DNA of 63,836 bases, counting the filler, from Dimorphilus gyrociliatus (lineage: Eukaryota > Animalia > Annelida): the NCBI GenBank assembly GCA_904063045.1. It is 4 parts of 4 records of this genome, joined end to end, with 100 filler letters (N's around TTAATTAATTAA, not from the genome) between each part and the next. Parts side by side here need not be neighbours in the genome. Positions count along the whole stretch, not along the records: positions 1 to 28,088 come from CAJFCJ010000095.1; 3 more parts are not named here. One strand, given 5' to 3'. Made by a program: the position numbers and the translations under genes. Of the stretch, positions 1-13,479 are shown piece after piece. The notes beneath the pieces were generated by a model that saw only the letters and a program-made list of their open reading frames with translations, did not search any database and was not told the origin of the DNA. Each line of letters begins with the position of its first letter. Position 1 is the first letter of the stretch.

Positions 1-276
1 TGATATCATTTAAGATGGGTTTTAAGTATAGGCCTAAAGACAAGAAAACTTGTCTATTATCAAACAAGTAATGTTGACATTACTCAAAATACTCAATTTA
101 GCAACTATCTTATTTAATCATTTCTTGTTTTATCTTAATTAATTGATATGAAGAACAGGAATTTTTCAAAATTACTTATCAATTTTAATAGACTGGTTGC
201 CCGTCGGATCCCCTATCTTAAAAGCGTTGGATAATTTTTAAACTTTCATTACAGAAAAAGAATTTCTGTTGATATT

Positions 277-3200
277 ATGGCAAATTTAAAAATTCTATTC
301 CTATTTGTCAGTTGTTTAATATCAAAAATTACTGGCTTTTGTAATTTAACAGATACGGATCCTGTAAGAAATATTAATAGGGTTCAATTGGTAAATAACA
401 GATACGAGGGTTTGTTAATAGCAATTGATCCAAGATTGAATGAAGATCCGAGAATTATTGACGGAATAAAGGTAATTATAGAAATTTAAGATTTCTTCAA
501 TCAATTAAACTCTATTTGAAATTTTAAAAATTATTTTAGAACTATTTCGAAGAGGCTTCCAGAGATCTTTTCTTCGCTACGAACAACAGAGCATTCTTAG
601 GAAAAATTACTATCCTTGTACCGCAAAGTTGGAGATCAACCAACGCTAGCCTCGCCCTATCCGAAAGTATTGAAAGGGGACACGTTTTAATTGGCCAATC
701 TACAAGGGAATGGGGTGATAATCCGTATACTTATATGAAGGTCGTTCAAAACTTCAATTTACCTGAATTTAGGTCATTATCTTTTTTGTACTCTGCTAGG
801 GAGGACCTTGCGGAACGCCTGGTGAATATATATACCTTACTGATAATTATATAAAAGACAAGGCTACATCGGAAAGGTTATTTGGACCAATTGGTAGGTT
901 CTACCTAAAATAATTCAACATTTTTCATTAAAGACCATTTTGAATAAAACTTATAGGAAAGACTTTGGTTCACGAATGGGGTCATTTACGTTGGGGTCTT
1001 TACGACGAATACAATTGGCAGTATAACGTACCAAATTGTTATATTACTCCAGATGGCAGGGTTAGGGAAGTAAAATGCGCTAAAGCTATTACCGGTGAAA
1101 TTGTCTATCATCAGCGAACATGTAGATTTATACCAGGTTCTAATCAAGAAAGCGAGGCGTCTATGATGTATATGCATCATTTAAGATCAATAACAAAATT
1201 TTGTAATAAAACTGGATGGGATGGTTTAGCTCATGATCGAGAGGCTCAAAATCCTCAAAATCGTATGTGTAATGGAAAAAGTTCATGGGAAGTTATGAAC
1301 AATCATCAAGACTTTGAAAATGGAAATAATAAACCAATCCACTCGGAATTTTTCAGAAAACCCGAATTTAAGATAGTAAGAGCGGGATCGTTAAGAATTG
1401 CTATGGTATACGACGTCTCCGGAAGTATGGTTAGTTAATTTAGTCAAGATATTCATTAGAAATAGTGTCTCTCTCTCTCTTTTAGGACGGACCTCGTTTA
1501 GCCACTTTACAAAGAACAGTAAGAAGATTATTTCTTAGTAAAACGATATTTGGAGCTTTTGTTGGCAGTGCTGAATTCTCTACACAAAGTATAATTACAC
1601 ACAATATGACTAGGGTGATAACTGATGATCATAGACAATCGCTTATTAATAAAATACCGCTAAGAGCAATCGGAGCTACATGTATTGGATGCGGTCTACA
1701 AGCTGGTTTACAGGTAGATAATTAATCATTAACTTTTCTTTCCCATCTCTCCTTCCCAACTTCTTGAATATTATATTATTCTTCAAATCTATCCCTTTAG
1801 TTATTAAGCCAAACCGAAGATGGTACAAATGGAGGAGCGATAATTATCATTACGGATGGAGAAGAAAATAAAGAACCATGGATACGGGAAGTAGCTGAAG
1901 AGGTATTGCAGTCGGGAGCCAGAGTATTTCCACTTGTAATGATACAAGACTTTAGTCCCGATCTGACTAGATTGGCATTATGTTCTGGTGGAAGACCTTT
2001 TGGATATTCTGATCAAGGAGACGCTAGCGACATGTATGACGCTATTCAACAGATTATGCAATTATCTGCAACAGAAAATTCTACTATTCCAATAATGGTA
2101 TTCTATATTTTTACTTTTTTTAACTTTCAAAATTTATCTTTCATCTATTAATCTAATAGATCAGAAGTCAAATTTCAACAATTTCTCCAAATAATGAGGT
2201 TGAGTTAAAGGTCAAGGTCGATTCAGCAGCATCTAAAAATTTAGAGATTGTATTTACAAATACGGGTTGTAGTGGTACAACTGTTGTTATTAAACTTCCT
2301 TCCGGTGAGATTCTAAATAAAACTCGTCTTAACGAAGTAGAGAAAGCGTTCCGTTATGAAGATAAGATGGTAAGTATTTAAATGATCACTTACCATCTTA
2401 TCTTCATAACGGTAAGTAAGTATATTTATCTGTAAATTTAGGCGGGAATTTGGAATATCACATTGAATAATTTAGGCTTAGTTGAATGCAAAACTAAAAT
2501 GACTGTTGAGATGTTTTCTCCAAAGAGCAATGTCAATGCAGTTACACTAACAACAACTCTTAGTAGCGATACTTTGGATTTTGCTTCTGGTAAATTATTA
2601 TTCTTTATTTCTCCCTTCAACATTACCTTTGAGTGTTTTATTTCAAAAAGGTTCTACACCTAGATTAAGTCTCCATGGGACCGTTCGACAAGGTAGTACA
2701 CCCATAATTGGCGCCATAGTTGAAGCCGTCATAGAAACGTCCTTTGGTGAGGTAATTAGCCAAAAACTATTGGATAATGGAGCCGGATCAGATTTTCAAA
2801 AAGACGATGGCGTCTATTCAAGCTATTTTGTTGATTTTCGCGGAGAGGGAATGTATAGTATTAAATTTGAAGTAACCAGTGATAAAAATAAGACTAAAGC
2901 TCTTTTAAAGTCAAGATCCTATGGATCTGGCGCTCCTCCAGTAAATCCTCAATCCAGTAAGATTTAACCAATCACCTTTTCCTTAAATAAACTTTAACCG
3001 AGTATTTTATTTTTGCTGTTTAACAAAAAGTAACTGAAACAATTGAAATTGAGCCTATTGAAGAGTTTGAAAGAAATACAATAGCTGGAACCGTCAATGT
3101 AAAAAATTTGGGTACTGGAAATGCTCAGCAGCGATATCCTCCCGGAAGAGTTACAGACTTATCAGTTCTAGAGGTTAAGAAGCAATGGATTGTTGATTTA

Positions 3201-3720
3201 TCATGGACTGCTATTGGTGCTCATTTAGATACTGGAAAAGGTTGAATTTTGCAGTTTAATACTATAATATCAAAAATACTAATTGAATACTTTTCTAAAA
3301 ATAGCTGCCAGGTATAAGATCTATCACGGAAAAACTGTTAATGATATAAGGCAAAATTGCACTGGAACTTGTTCTGAAACACGAGCAGATATGATTATGT
3401 CTGGAAACCTAACTAATCCAAAAGAACCTGGTAGTCAAGAATTATTTAAAATAGACTTCAACAAGTTAAATTTAAATAATAAAGATTCACTTTTCGTTGG
3501 TTTAAAAGTAATCAATAGTTTTAATATCGAAGGAGAAATTTCAAATATTATTGATTGCCGATACATCATTCAAGCTGCTCCACCTCTAGCACCTCCTGCA
3601 GATAACAAATCTAAAAAACTATCCGGTGGAGCCATAGCCGGAATAGTAATTGGTTGTATTGCATTTATTGCCATAATTACAGTAATAGTTGTAGCTATTA
3701 AAAAGAAATCTGACAATTAA
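277..3720 (+). CDS. CLCA: Calcium-activated chloride channel regulator (CLCA family): metalloprotease-VWA-beta-sheet/FN3-TM, multi-exon
   Basis: Signal peptide; GLLIAIDP and EEASRDLFFATNNRAFLGKITILVPQSW; HEWGH (HEXXH) at ~968; VWA MIDAS DVSGS and TDGEEN; LDNGAGSDFQKDDGVYSSYF; YPPGRVTDL; C-terminal TM GGAIAGIVIGCIAFIAIITVIVVAI. Exons separated by short GT-AG introns (e.g. 472-539). Confidence 0.95.
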
Positions 3721-4528
3721 ACTGATACAAATGTTTTGAATTTTTAAATTTTTTAAATATTTTAGATAAATAAATAATAAAAAAAACGATTAATTTAGCT
3801 TATCAAGCGATAATAAAAATGGTTTTAATCAGAGATTAAGCTTGTTTTACCATTAAACAAAGTACACTTTGAGAAATTTGGTTTTTGTGTTATTTTCATA
3901 CTTTTTATCTTTTTATTAAAAATTTTGGATATCATTCTTTATATTTTAATGGATTGCTTGATTGATTGATTAATCTTTGTTCATTCCATCCTTTCTATTG
4001 AATGATTGATTGAATACAATATATGAATATTTTATTGAATGATATTTGGTTTTATAATTTGTTTTGTAGATATCAAATGACAAATGTAATGATTTTATCT
4101 GCTAACCATTCTTAATCGGGGTCGGGTGTGAACCTACCTGGGTACTAACGTACCCCAGGCGAGTGGGCGTATTTTTAATCATTCTATTTAAGGAATCTGA
4201 AAGATAACTTTTAAAAAAAGAGAGATGTGATTTTATTTTCTTTAAATGAAATATTATAATTATCTTATCTTAATAAATTATCATCAATAATCCATCAACA
4301 CTTGCTTCAACATTTCTCAATAGATCAGACTGAAAAGATTGTATGAACTGAGTAGTTTTATACTCGGAAGATAGAGGGCAGAGTAATCAACTATATTGAA
4401 CAATTTTTAACATATCACTTAATATTAAAAAAATTGATCATCTTCTTCACAGAGACTTCATGGTGTTGTAAATGAAATCTTTACTACAGGATTGTTGCTA
4501 CTCTCCCCTCCCTCTCTCTCTCTCTCTA

Positions 4529-4890
4529 TGTCTCTTCATAAATAAAATATTATTCAACATTGTGTTCCTATCAAAAAGAGATGGATTTTATCTTTGTCTT
4601 TCAAAACAAAGAGTAATGCTAATTTGCAATCCAATTCCATTGTAATTTCTGAACAAAGGATATTTACTCTAAGCCTAATCTAACAGTTTGCAAATTACTT
4701 TCCATATGGTTATCTCTCCAATTCCCTAATCTTAAAAATGTTCCTGTTCTAAAATATATTTAGATATTTCATAGTTTGCACTAAATAAACCTTTGAATTA
4801 GTGAACTCTGTTATACTTTTTTTTAAAATAAATATAAAAATAGACATTTTATAGCCAAGTTAATTACTCAAGATTATTATATGTATAAAA
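4529..4890 (+). repeat. ~350 bp dispersed repeat, copy 1 (copy 2 at ~10889-11200)
   Basis: Shared blocks TTCCTATCAAAAAGAGATGGATTTTATCTTT(G/A)TCTTTCAAAACAAAGAGTAATGCTAATTTGC and TTCTAAAATATATTTAGATATTTCATAGTTTGCACTAAA. Ends approximate. Confidence 0.85.
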
Positions 4891-6009
4891 AAGCGGGCAC
4901 AGCCTTGATAAGGGCTTATTTAAAATGTGCTTCGACATACCTTTTATACTTGTTTATAGTGAATGTTCAATATACTATTCAAAATAATTTATGCAAACAT
5001 TTTGGATATGACAATAATCATATTGTTGTTGATAAATGTATTGAAAAGGAATGTTTTCCATTGATCCCAATTTTCTCTAAGAAAAAAATAATTTTTATTG
5101 TTAATTAAGTTGGCAACAATAGACTGGTTCTTTGCTGAATATTTAATATAATATTTTGTATTATAGTACGGAATTTGATATGTTGGTAATGTAAAAATAA
5201 CATGAAGTATATTTCACATATCACAATTTCATCTCTGCGTCAAATGTTTTAAAATTAATGTTCCACGTAAAATTTGAAATTTTAAAATAAGATAATTTCT
5301 AAAAATATTTCCATTCTTTTTTTGCAGATATTTTTGCAAATCAAATATCATTGAAAAAATTTGTAATACTCTATAGATTTAGGAAACAATCATCCTATTT
5401 GGTTAGTGAGAAAAACTTGACCTTTAAGCAGTGTGAATCTGTTCAATTTTTAAAATATGAAAATTACATTTTTGTTCAAAAATATGAAAAATTTCTATCA
5501 TTTCAAAATAATACAATCAATACAAAAACTTGGTATTCTGATAAAAATTCAAAAAATATATCATGTGACTTTAGAGATATTCGAGGTTTTTTTTTAAAGA
5601 TTTATTTTAAAATGTTTAAAATGACAAAACATTACGTTTTTAGACGCGAAATTTTTATTAAAAACTATACCGAAATATAAGTATATTCGGAATAAACTCC
5701 ATACTGATTTCAGTGTCGAAATCTCCTCCAAAACATATGGAACATTACTTGCAGTTTTTGATCCAAAGTATGAAATGTATAGTAGTACTCTAAAGAGATT
5801 ATTATGCAAGGAGAAAAATCTTATACCTTCACCAGCACTGGAAAAAACTGGAAAAATAAAAAATGAAATTGTGATTTTAAAAAATTTTGTTGTTAAAAAT
5901 AAAATCAAAACAATTTTGTTTTGTTCTAGAAAGAATGTTCAGAAAATAACCCAGATTCAAAATTTATTGTATAGAAGTTTTAAGTTATTTTTTTAAAAAA
6001 AAAAAAGGG

Positions 6010-9000
6010 AATTGTATTGGCAAATTGTGATTTGTCAAATGATTATCTATTTGGTTGTCATTTTAAACATATTTCTTATGGATACTATTTTACAGAATTA
6101 GCTTGTGAAGTTAATAAAAATTTTCAAGGTTTATTGCTTATGAACAATTCAATTAAAATCTAATTTCACCTATTTTTTAGAATATACTGTCAGATTGAGT
6201 TCATCAACATTTTACTATTACAATACAAAATCAATAAAGACTTTGAGCGAAATTTCAGGATATCTTCAAATTTTCATATATAATGAGTGGAGGAATATTT
6301 TAATTTTTGGAATGAAACATTTCATTCCAAAACTAATTTGTAAATATTTTGGGTTTCAAAATGGATATTTAGATCTTTTAAACAAATTGAGATCATTTAA
6401 TCTACAGTTGATCTCTTCAGTTGATATTAATTGTAATTTAACAAGTCAACAATTGAAATTTTGCAGTTTTACACCATCATCAAAATTATATTTGTTAGTT
6501 ATAAACATTCCTTTCTTCTTTTAGCATTTAAATTGTAAATATTCTTGTTTAAAAAATAGAAGAGAGAATTTAAAAAACACAATTTCATCACAAGCATTTA
6601 CAATATACTGCTCAAATACAAAAACAATTGGTTGGTATTTCCATATATCTGTATTGAAATTTCTCTTCATCTCTCTTTCTCTCTCCCTCATTCTAGATTG
6701 TCAATATGAAAATTCAATTAGAATCTCTTATCTTTGTTATAAATTTTTCAAAGATTCTGAAATATTATCACCTTTCAAAATGAAGGAAAAATGCTCAAAA
6801 AAAAATTTAACACTCATAGATGAATCCTACAAGAGATACGTTGACGTTTTTGCCACGCTCAACTTTTTCTATAAAAACTTATTACTGAATGAAAAATCTC
6901 AAGGATATAATAAAAATGTATTCTTCACTGTAAACAATAAGCTTAATTCAACAGTAAAAAATATAAAAACAATTAAAACACCATCGAATCTTCCATTCAC
7001 TTATATATCATCTGTCCAAGAAAGATCTAGAATATGTTTTGTATAAGCACAATTCAAATCTTTAATACATAATGTTGTTTTTTTTTGTTTATAAATATCT
7101 TATAGCAACTAGATTAGTATACTATCACGATTTTAATTACGAAGAGGCATCTTTAAATCCGTATGATCAATGTTACGTAGTTTCAAAAACACATATAAAT
7201 GATTTTAAAATTCAAAATATTTATGTTCGAAAGAGAGCAGTATCTTGTGTATTACCTTCAACAAAGTATTATATTTGCCAAAATATTCTTGGTATTGAAT
7301 TTTTGTTCTTTTGATCTTTGATTTTAAATAACTTTTTATCCATTTTTAAACAGCTTTAAAGAGAAATATCTCAAAATCTATTGGTGAAACTTATCATAAT
7401 TTTTCAAAAAATAGTTTCCGGTGCAAATTTTCTGATATTCTTATAAGTCACACTCAAATATGTGATGGTATTCAAGATTGCTCATTTGGTGAAGATGAGG
7501 AAAACTGTTTAAATCAATTTCAATTTACTTGTTTAAACAATTTAAAACAGAAAATTCCATTTCAATTTGTTTGTAATTTTAGAAAAGATTGTTCTGATGG
7601 ATCCGATGAAAAATTTTGTTCTGAAACTACTCAATCTTCAAATTCAAACTTGTATAAGATTAAAAATATTCAAAAAATATCTCAACGGGTATATTTTATA
7701 CATTTTGAAAATTTCACTTCCATTTCAGATTTAAATGTGACAAATGGAGATATTTGAATAGGAAGCAAGTTTGTGATAATCAATACAACTGCTTTGATAA
7801 AACAGATGAAGATTGTATTAATTATTGGAATGATGATAATAAAAAATTTGAAAGTAATCTAATTAATTATACTTTTTTTTTTTACATTTGACCTAATTAG
7901 GACATGATTGTTTACTTTTTTCAAGAATGTAGGTCAACTACTCAAATCCAATGTCTAGATCATTGTTTACCCCTTCATATGAATTGTGATAATTTTGTAC
8001 ATTGTGAAGACAGATCGGATGAAATCTCTTACTGTAGCCAAATTGTTGGAAAGGCATCAATGTGAATTAATATTTAAACTATTTAAAAAATAATTGTTAA
8101 CTTTTCAAAAATAATCCAAAAACATTTTAGAACAGGATTCTCAGAGAAATTTACTCTGGTGACAAAAGAGACGAAATGTAATATTATATATGAGTCAACT
8201 GGATATTTAAGGACTAAAGTTCATTTTCCAAATTTTCCGTATGGAATATTCAACTGCCATAAAAAATCTTGTCCAGGAGCATTTCTATGCATAGAACACC
8301 AATTTTGTATACAAATTGAGAATGTTTGCGATGGTACAAATCATTGTTGGAGTAATGAAGACGAACAAAATTGTGGTATTCTGTTTTGCAGTTCTTTTTG
8401 CAGTCGTTGATATTTTTTTCAAATCTTAGAGACTTTTCAGCCAAAAGGATATTTTAAATGTCAAATGGAGGAGAAATTTCTAAATATTAGCAGAGTTTGT
8501 AATGGAACAATTGATTGCGAGTATGGAAATGATGAAATATTCTGTCCAAGGAATATTACTACTTGTCCAGAATACTGAAATTGCTTTCCAGTTTATCTAT
8601 GGAAATGTTCAAATGTGTTTGATTCTAATAAATTATCATTCGTGAATGAAAATCAAGCAAATATGATAAAATACTTGGCTATTTCAAATTTAATAAATAT
8701 AAAAGATCCTTTATACTCCAATCAACTGACCTATTTATCTATAATTGATAGTAGCCTATTAGACTGGTCCTCCAATATCAATATTTACTTTCCAAATTTA
8801 GTATTTTTAATTTTGAAAAAGAATGGAATAAGACAATTCTATTTAACAAAACTGAATGGAATAGGATATCTTCTCCAATATCTTGATATTTCACAAAATC
8901 CAATAGAAGACATGGTATTTGGTGTGAATGTAAATATGTTAATCTATCTGGATATTTCATTTACAAATTTGAAATCATTGCAAAATCTACATTTTAAATT

Positions 9001-9733
9001 TATGAAATTATTAAAAATTTTAAAAATTAGAAATTGCAATTTAAAATATGTGCAGCAAAATTCTTTTAAATATTTAAATAATTTGGAAGAATTACATTTA
9101 AATGATACAGTTTTACCTTCAAATAATCATGGATATTTAATTAAATATCAAACAAATTTAAAACAATTGTACAGCAGATATTTTGTACTATGCTGCTATT
9201 TATTCGCAATGAAATCTCCTAATGTTCAATGTTCACCTGCAAAATCTATTTATAGCTCCTGTTCAGATTTATTACGTCATAATTCTATAAGATCTATGTA
9301 TTGGTTAATTGGATTATTGGGATTTGTTGGTAATATAATTTCAATTGCTTTTAGAATAAAATCATTTTCTAGACCTTCACATATATTTTATTTGTTATTA
9401 TCAATCTCTGATTTGATTACATCATTGTATCTTTTATCTATTGGTCTAGCAGATTTACACTATAACGATAGGTTTTACAAATATATGTCTAATTGGACAT
9501 CTGGCTATCCTTGTAGAACTATTGGATTTTTAATGAATTTTTCATTAATATTTTCAATGGTTAATTTACTTTTAATTACAGCTGAGCGATATTGGGCAAT
9601 AGTATTTTTAATGCGTAAAAAGATTGAAAAAGTGGCAACTTTATCAATAGCAGCCTTTTCTTTTCTATTATGCATTTGCCTAGCTATATTTCCTATTTTA
9701 TATTACAAAGTAATGTTTGTTTTTTTAAAATGA
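6010..9733 (+). pseudogene. GRL101-like receptor copy 1 (SRCR-LDLa repeats-LRR-7TM), multi-exon, apparently truncated after TM4
   Basis: SRCR-like exon (GYLQIFIYNEWRN...LICKYFGFQNG); several LDLa repeats (ICDGIQDCSFGEDEENC, VCDGTNHCWSNEDEQNC); LRRs; hinge FVLCCYLF...CSDLL; TM1-4 with FLIS-like LSISDLITSLYL and AERY. No TM5-7 exon found downstream. A further SRCR-like piece (LCKHFGY) at ~4960-5108 may belong to the gene. Confidence 0.8.
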
Positions 9734-10888
9734 TAAATCTGATGAAGATGAAAGCAGCTATCAAAGGGTAAAGTATTTATTTTCATTCAATTGCCAATTT
9801 AATTAAGTTGATCATGTGACCATAATTTTTATCTAAAAAAAAAACTAAAAATTCAGAATTGAAATTGAAAAATCCGTAAAGATTTCTGTAAGGGAAGAAT
9901 GTAAAACTCCAGTTGTTTCTTGTTCTTTATTCTTTACTAGTTTGTTTTATTGTTTTTAAATTTGAAAGGTTCATTATTCTTTAGCAGACACAGCCAATCA
10001 AACATGTTTTTTGGATCTCATAGGGAAATATCAAAGTTTTCAATTGACAAACACTTTTTTGAAAATCAATTATATTTGATTTGTATAAAACATACTTTAA
10101 ATGCTATTCATTCCACTCATTCTACATCATTGACTATAAACGGAGCTGTTACCTTTGATCATCTTTATGCGCAGGTAAAAACATTAATATATAGTGGCAA
10201 ACACACGACATGGAATTATAAAATCTTCATTTTTTTTAAAATATCAGAGAGGAAAGAGAATAAACGATTGGAATTTTTTTCTATTTCCAAAGGAATTAAA
10301 GGCCGGAAGTGATGATTCAATCTCCAATGATATTTTCTATTTTGAAATATTTATAAAAACTATCTTAAAGAGAGGATTGAAATGTATTTAATATTTTTTT
10401 AAATCAAATAATAATACAATCTGTCTTCATGTTTGAAGTATTGCATTTAACATTCCACATCTGTCCGCACCGCATCGCACTGCGCGAAAGTAGGTCCCGA
10501 GCTGCATCAACTGTAGAGTTTGAGTGCCAAGTGAGATTTTTGAAAGCAAGATTTCAGATCGAAAAATGGATAGGAAGAGAAAGTAGCTTTTGATTACTTG
10601 TGTAATTATTTATCGCCTAATTTAAAACCTGCAATGTCAATTATTCTCTAGAATTTTTGCACTGTTTTTCTTCTTGATAAATTTTGTCATATGGAATAAT
10701 CAAAATTGTTTGCCGTAGACCAATTTTTATGTATATAACACAATGCGATTCAATTGGTGTTGTCAATATGTGTCTTAAAGAGTACAGCTATTTACCTAAA
10801 AGTAGTGACTTTCTTAGTTTTAAAAAAGTGGAATGATTGGAATTTAGATATGTGATGAGTATGTGATAGGATTCTTATAACTCTTCTC

Positions 10889-11200
10889 TGTCTCTTCATA
10901 GACAAATTATTGAACAAAGCGCTTCCTATCAAAAAGAGATGGATTTTATCTTTATCTTTCAAAACAAAGAGTAATGCTAATTTGCCATCCAAAAACACAC
11001 GTTTAGCTTTACATATCTATAATCATAAAAATGTCCCTGATTCAAGCTCTTCTAAAATATATTTAGATATTTCATAGTTTGCACTAAAAAACCTTTGAAA
11101 AAGTAAACTTTGTTATACTTTTTTTAAATAGGCCTATAAAATGTGTAAAATTATATATTTTAAAGCAAGTTGCTTACTCTGATATTTATATTTAGCTGAT
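10889..11200 (+). repeat. ~350 bp dispersed repeat, copy 2
   Basis: Direct repeat of 4529-4890 with indels; ends about 100 bp before the GPCR start at 11308. Confidence 0.85.
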
Positions 11201-11307
11201 GGCTCCGCCCTGACAAAAACCATATAAAAAATGTTTTACAAAGTGTATGTAAGAAAAGCAAATTAATAATTTGGTGTGAAAGTTTGTTGCTTTGAAAGAT
11301 AACTTCA

Positions 11308-12336
11308 ATGAATTTTTCAAATTTTACAAATGGTACAACTGTACTTTCGGAAAATAGAAATGAGTTTCTTGCTAGTAGACTATTCTCTTACGCTGTTTTG
11401 CCTTGCAGTATAGCTATTGGAATTCCATTGAATGTATTATCTATTTTGATCATTGTAAGAGGAAGTTTATGGAAGACAACAATTTTTCGCTATTTGGCAG
11501 CAGTTTCAACTGGAGATTTAATTGCGCTAATAGGTTATACTTTTAGAGGCATGGCTCTGGTCAGAATCGAATCTATACCAGTATCACTCTACAAGCTATT
11601 CTACTGTCAATTATTTGTGTATTTGTATATTTCTTTCTGTCAGTTTTCATCACTAAATCTTGTTGCAGTAACTGTAGATAGATATTTATGTATTGCTTTT
11701 CCAACAAAGGCGAAGATATGGTCTTCATTAAGAATTTGTAATAGGATAATAATAAGCCTCTTTATAGTCACCTGTTTAACAACCTTATTTATACCATTTG
11801 TTCAAGATAATGCAGGTAGACTGTCTTCTTCAAGAGTTGAATGTATACCAATAAATAGGGGTAGCATATATTTGTATAAACATCATTTAACTTTCACTAG
11901 TTTTATGTATACTTACATTCCTTCAGTTTCTCTTGCATTTTTAAATATTCTTATCGTAATCAGTCTAAGAAAACACAGAAAAAATATTTCTTCAGTTACA
12001 AAAAATGATGATAATGATAAATTGAAAAATTTAACAAAAAGATTAACTATTTTAAATTTAGCGATTTCGACAAGTTTTATTGTTCTTACCTTTCCTTTAT
12101 GTTGTTTTAGTATTTATGTTCGTCTTTTCTCAGCAAGATACTATTCTAATCCAATTGAAAAGACAATTTACGAAGCAACATTTATATTAAATTTTACTAA
12201 TCACATGATTAATTTCTTTATATATTGCTTATGTGGACAAACATTTCGAGAGCAAACAATCCAATTATTGTCGTGTGCAAAAAAATCAAAGCAAAGAGAA
12301 CATGGAAAGACTACAATTTCAACAGTGTCTGGCTAA
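11308..12336 (+). CDS. Single-exon rhodopsin-family (class A) GPCR, peptide/FMRFamide-receptor-like orphan
   Basis: 342 aa with seven hydrophobic segments, N-terminal N-glycosylation sequons, GIPLN (TM1), DRY, TFP (TM6), NHMINFFIY...TFR (TM7/H8). Confidence 0.92.
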   Translation: MNFSNFTNGTTVLSENRNEFLASRLFSYAVLPCSIAIGIPLNVLSILIIVRGSLWKTTIFRYLAAVSTGDLIALIGYTFRGMALVRIESIPVSLYKLFYCQLFVYLYISFCQFSSLNLVAVTVDRYLCIAFPTKAKIWSSLRICNRIIISLFIVTCLTTLFIPFVQDNAGRLSSSRVECIPINRGSIYLYKHHLTFTSFMYTYIPSVSLAFLNILIVISLRKHRKNISSVTKNDDNDKLKNLTKRLTILNLAISTSFIVLTFPLCCFSIYVRLFSARYYSNPIEKTIYEATFILNFTNHMINFFIYCLCGQTFREQTIQLLSCAKKSKQREHGKTTISTVSG

Positions 12337-13479
12337 AGCACATCTTGGCATTTAAGTACAATATTATACATGTTTTGTGTTTTTAACAGTTTGTTGTGAG
12401 TATTTTCATATACGCTATTCAATTATTTTCGTCAATACGATTGGTGTTAATATCAGCCATATAAATGTTACTTCAAATTAAGCCTAGTCAGTTTTTTTTC
12501 CTAATATGATAGTTACCGTAAACCTTGTTACATCCCTATATAATTCAGCCCTAAACTAAACACAAATTAATAAATTTTGACGATTACCTGAACTTGATAG
12601 TCTTCATTTTCTCTCTTATTTTACTTTAGAAGGAATTATCTGTATTTATATATATAATACAACTAACATTTACCTTCTCTATTTTTATCAAAGCTTCTCT
12701 TTTTCTTATTCTCTCAAGACCAAAGAAAAGATTGTTCATTAACACAAAGGTTGTACTGTACATATTTAGGGTATTGAAAACATTTTCAATATAAAATTGT
12801 ATACCTGGTAATAATTGTTTAAAATTAAGTTATTAAAAGTTGGATTCATGCTCAAAAGCTAGCAAGAACATTTCTGCAAAATACTTATTGACAGAGGCCT
12901 AATTGTTCAAACTGAAAATACAGATTTTTCAATGGTTTCAACACAATGATAATTTAATTTACTGAATACTGGTCTTTGTAGGGCAAGAGCACTTTCTCTA
13001 GTGTCTGATGAGTGACCTACTATTCAAAAGTCTTTTAAATGCGACAACAAATTAAATATGTTAAGGGGAAAAAATACACCTATTCATTGATCTTTCTGTC
13101 AATTAACACAAAATAGGCACATTTAAAACTTTTTGTAGTTGTGTGAAAGGTAACAAGTGTTTACCATTTCACACCAAAAGTAGTAATAAGTGATATGGCT
13201 AAAGAAGAGGACAGAATGTTCCAGAAGCAATGTAGAAGGTATATATAGTGAGTCTTTAATAATTAATTTTCTATTTCACAAAGAACAAAATGGAAGATTT
13301 TTATTTATCAACAAAAAAATAGGCAAAGTCCAGAAACATTTCTAAAATTCAAAAAAATTGATTAAAAGAACTAATTTGTCATTTGTTTTTAAAAATTGAA
13401 CTTTATTTTAGAAACTCAAAAATATATTCAAGAATAAATAATGAACTATTTGAATAAAATTGAATTGTTCTTTTAACTT

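Noticed and set aside
4500-4528. (CT)n microsatellite
   Set aside because: Short ordinary simple repeat.
5150-5996. ORFs 5351-5680, 5594-5908 and 5775-5996
   Set aside because: Low-complexity K/N/F/I-rich frames with no motif; the region weakly resembles the repeat at ~51.5-51.85 kb and is more likely a non-coding insertion.
9950-10391. ORFs as the missing TM5-TM7 exons of receptor copy 1
   Set aside because: They lack the GW..S, CW.P and NS..NP motifs seen in the other copies.
13000-13040. Possible hammerhead ribozyme (CTGATGAG at ~13005)
   Set aside because: No stem II closed by GAAA and no matching stems I/III.
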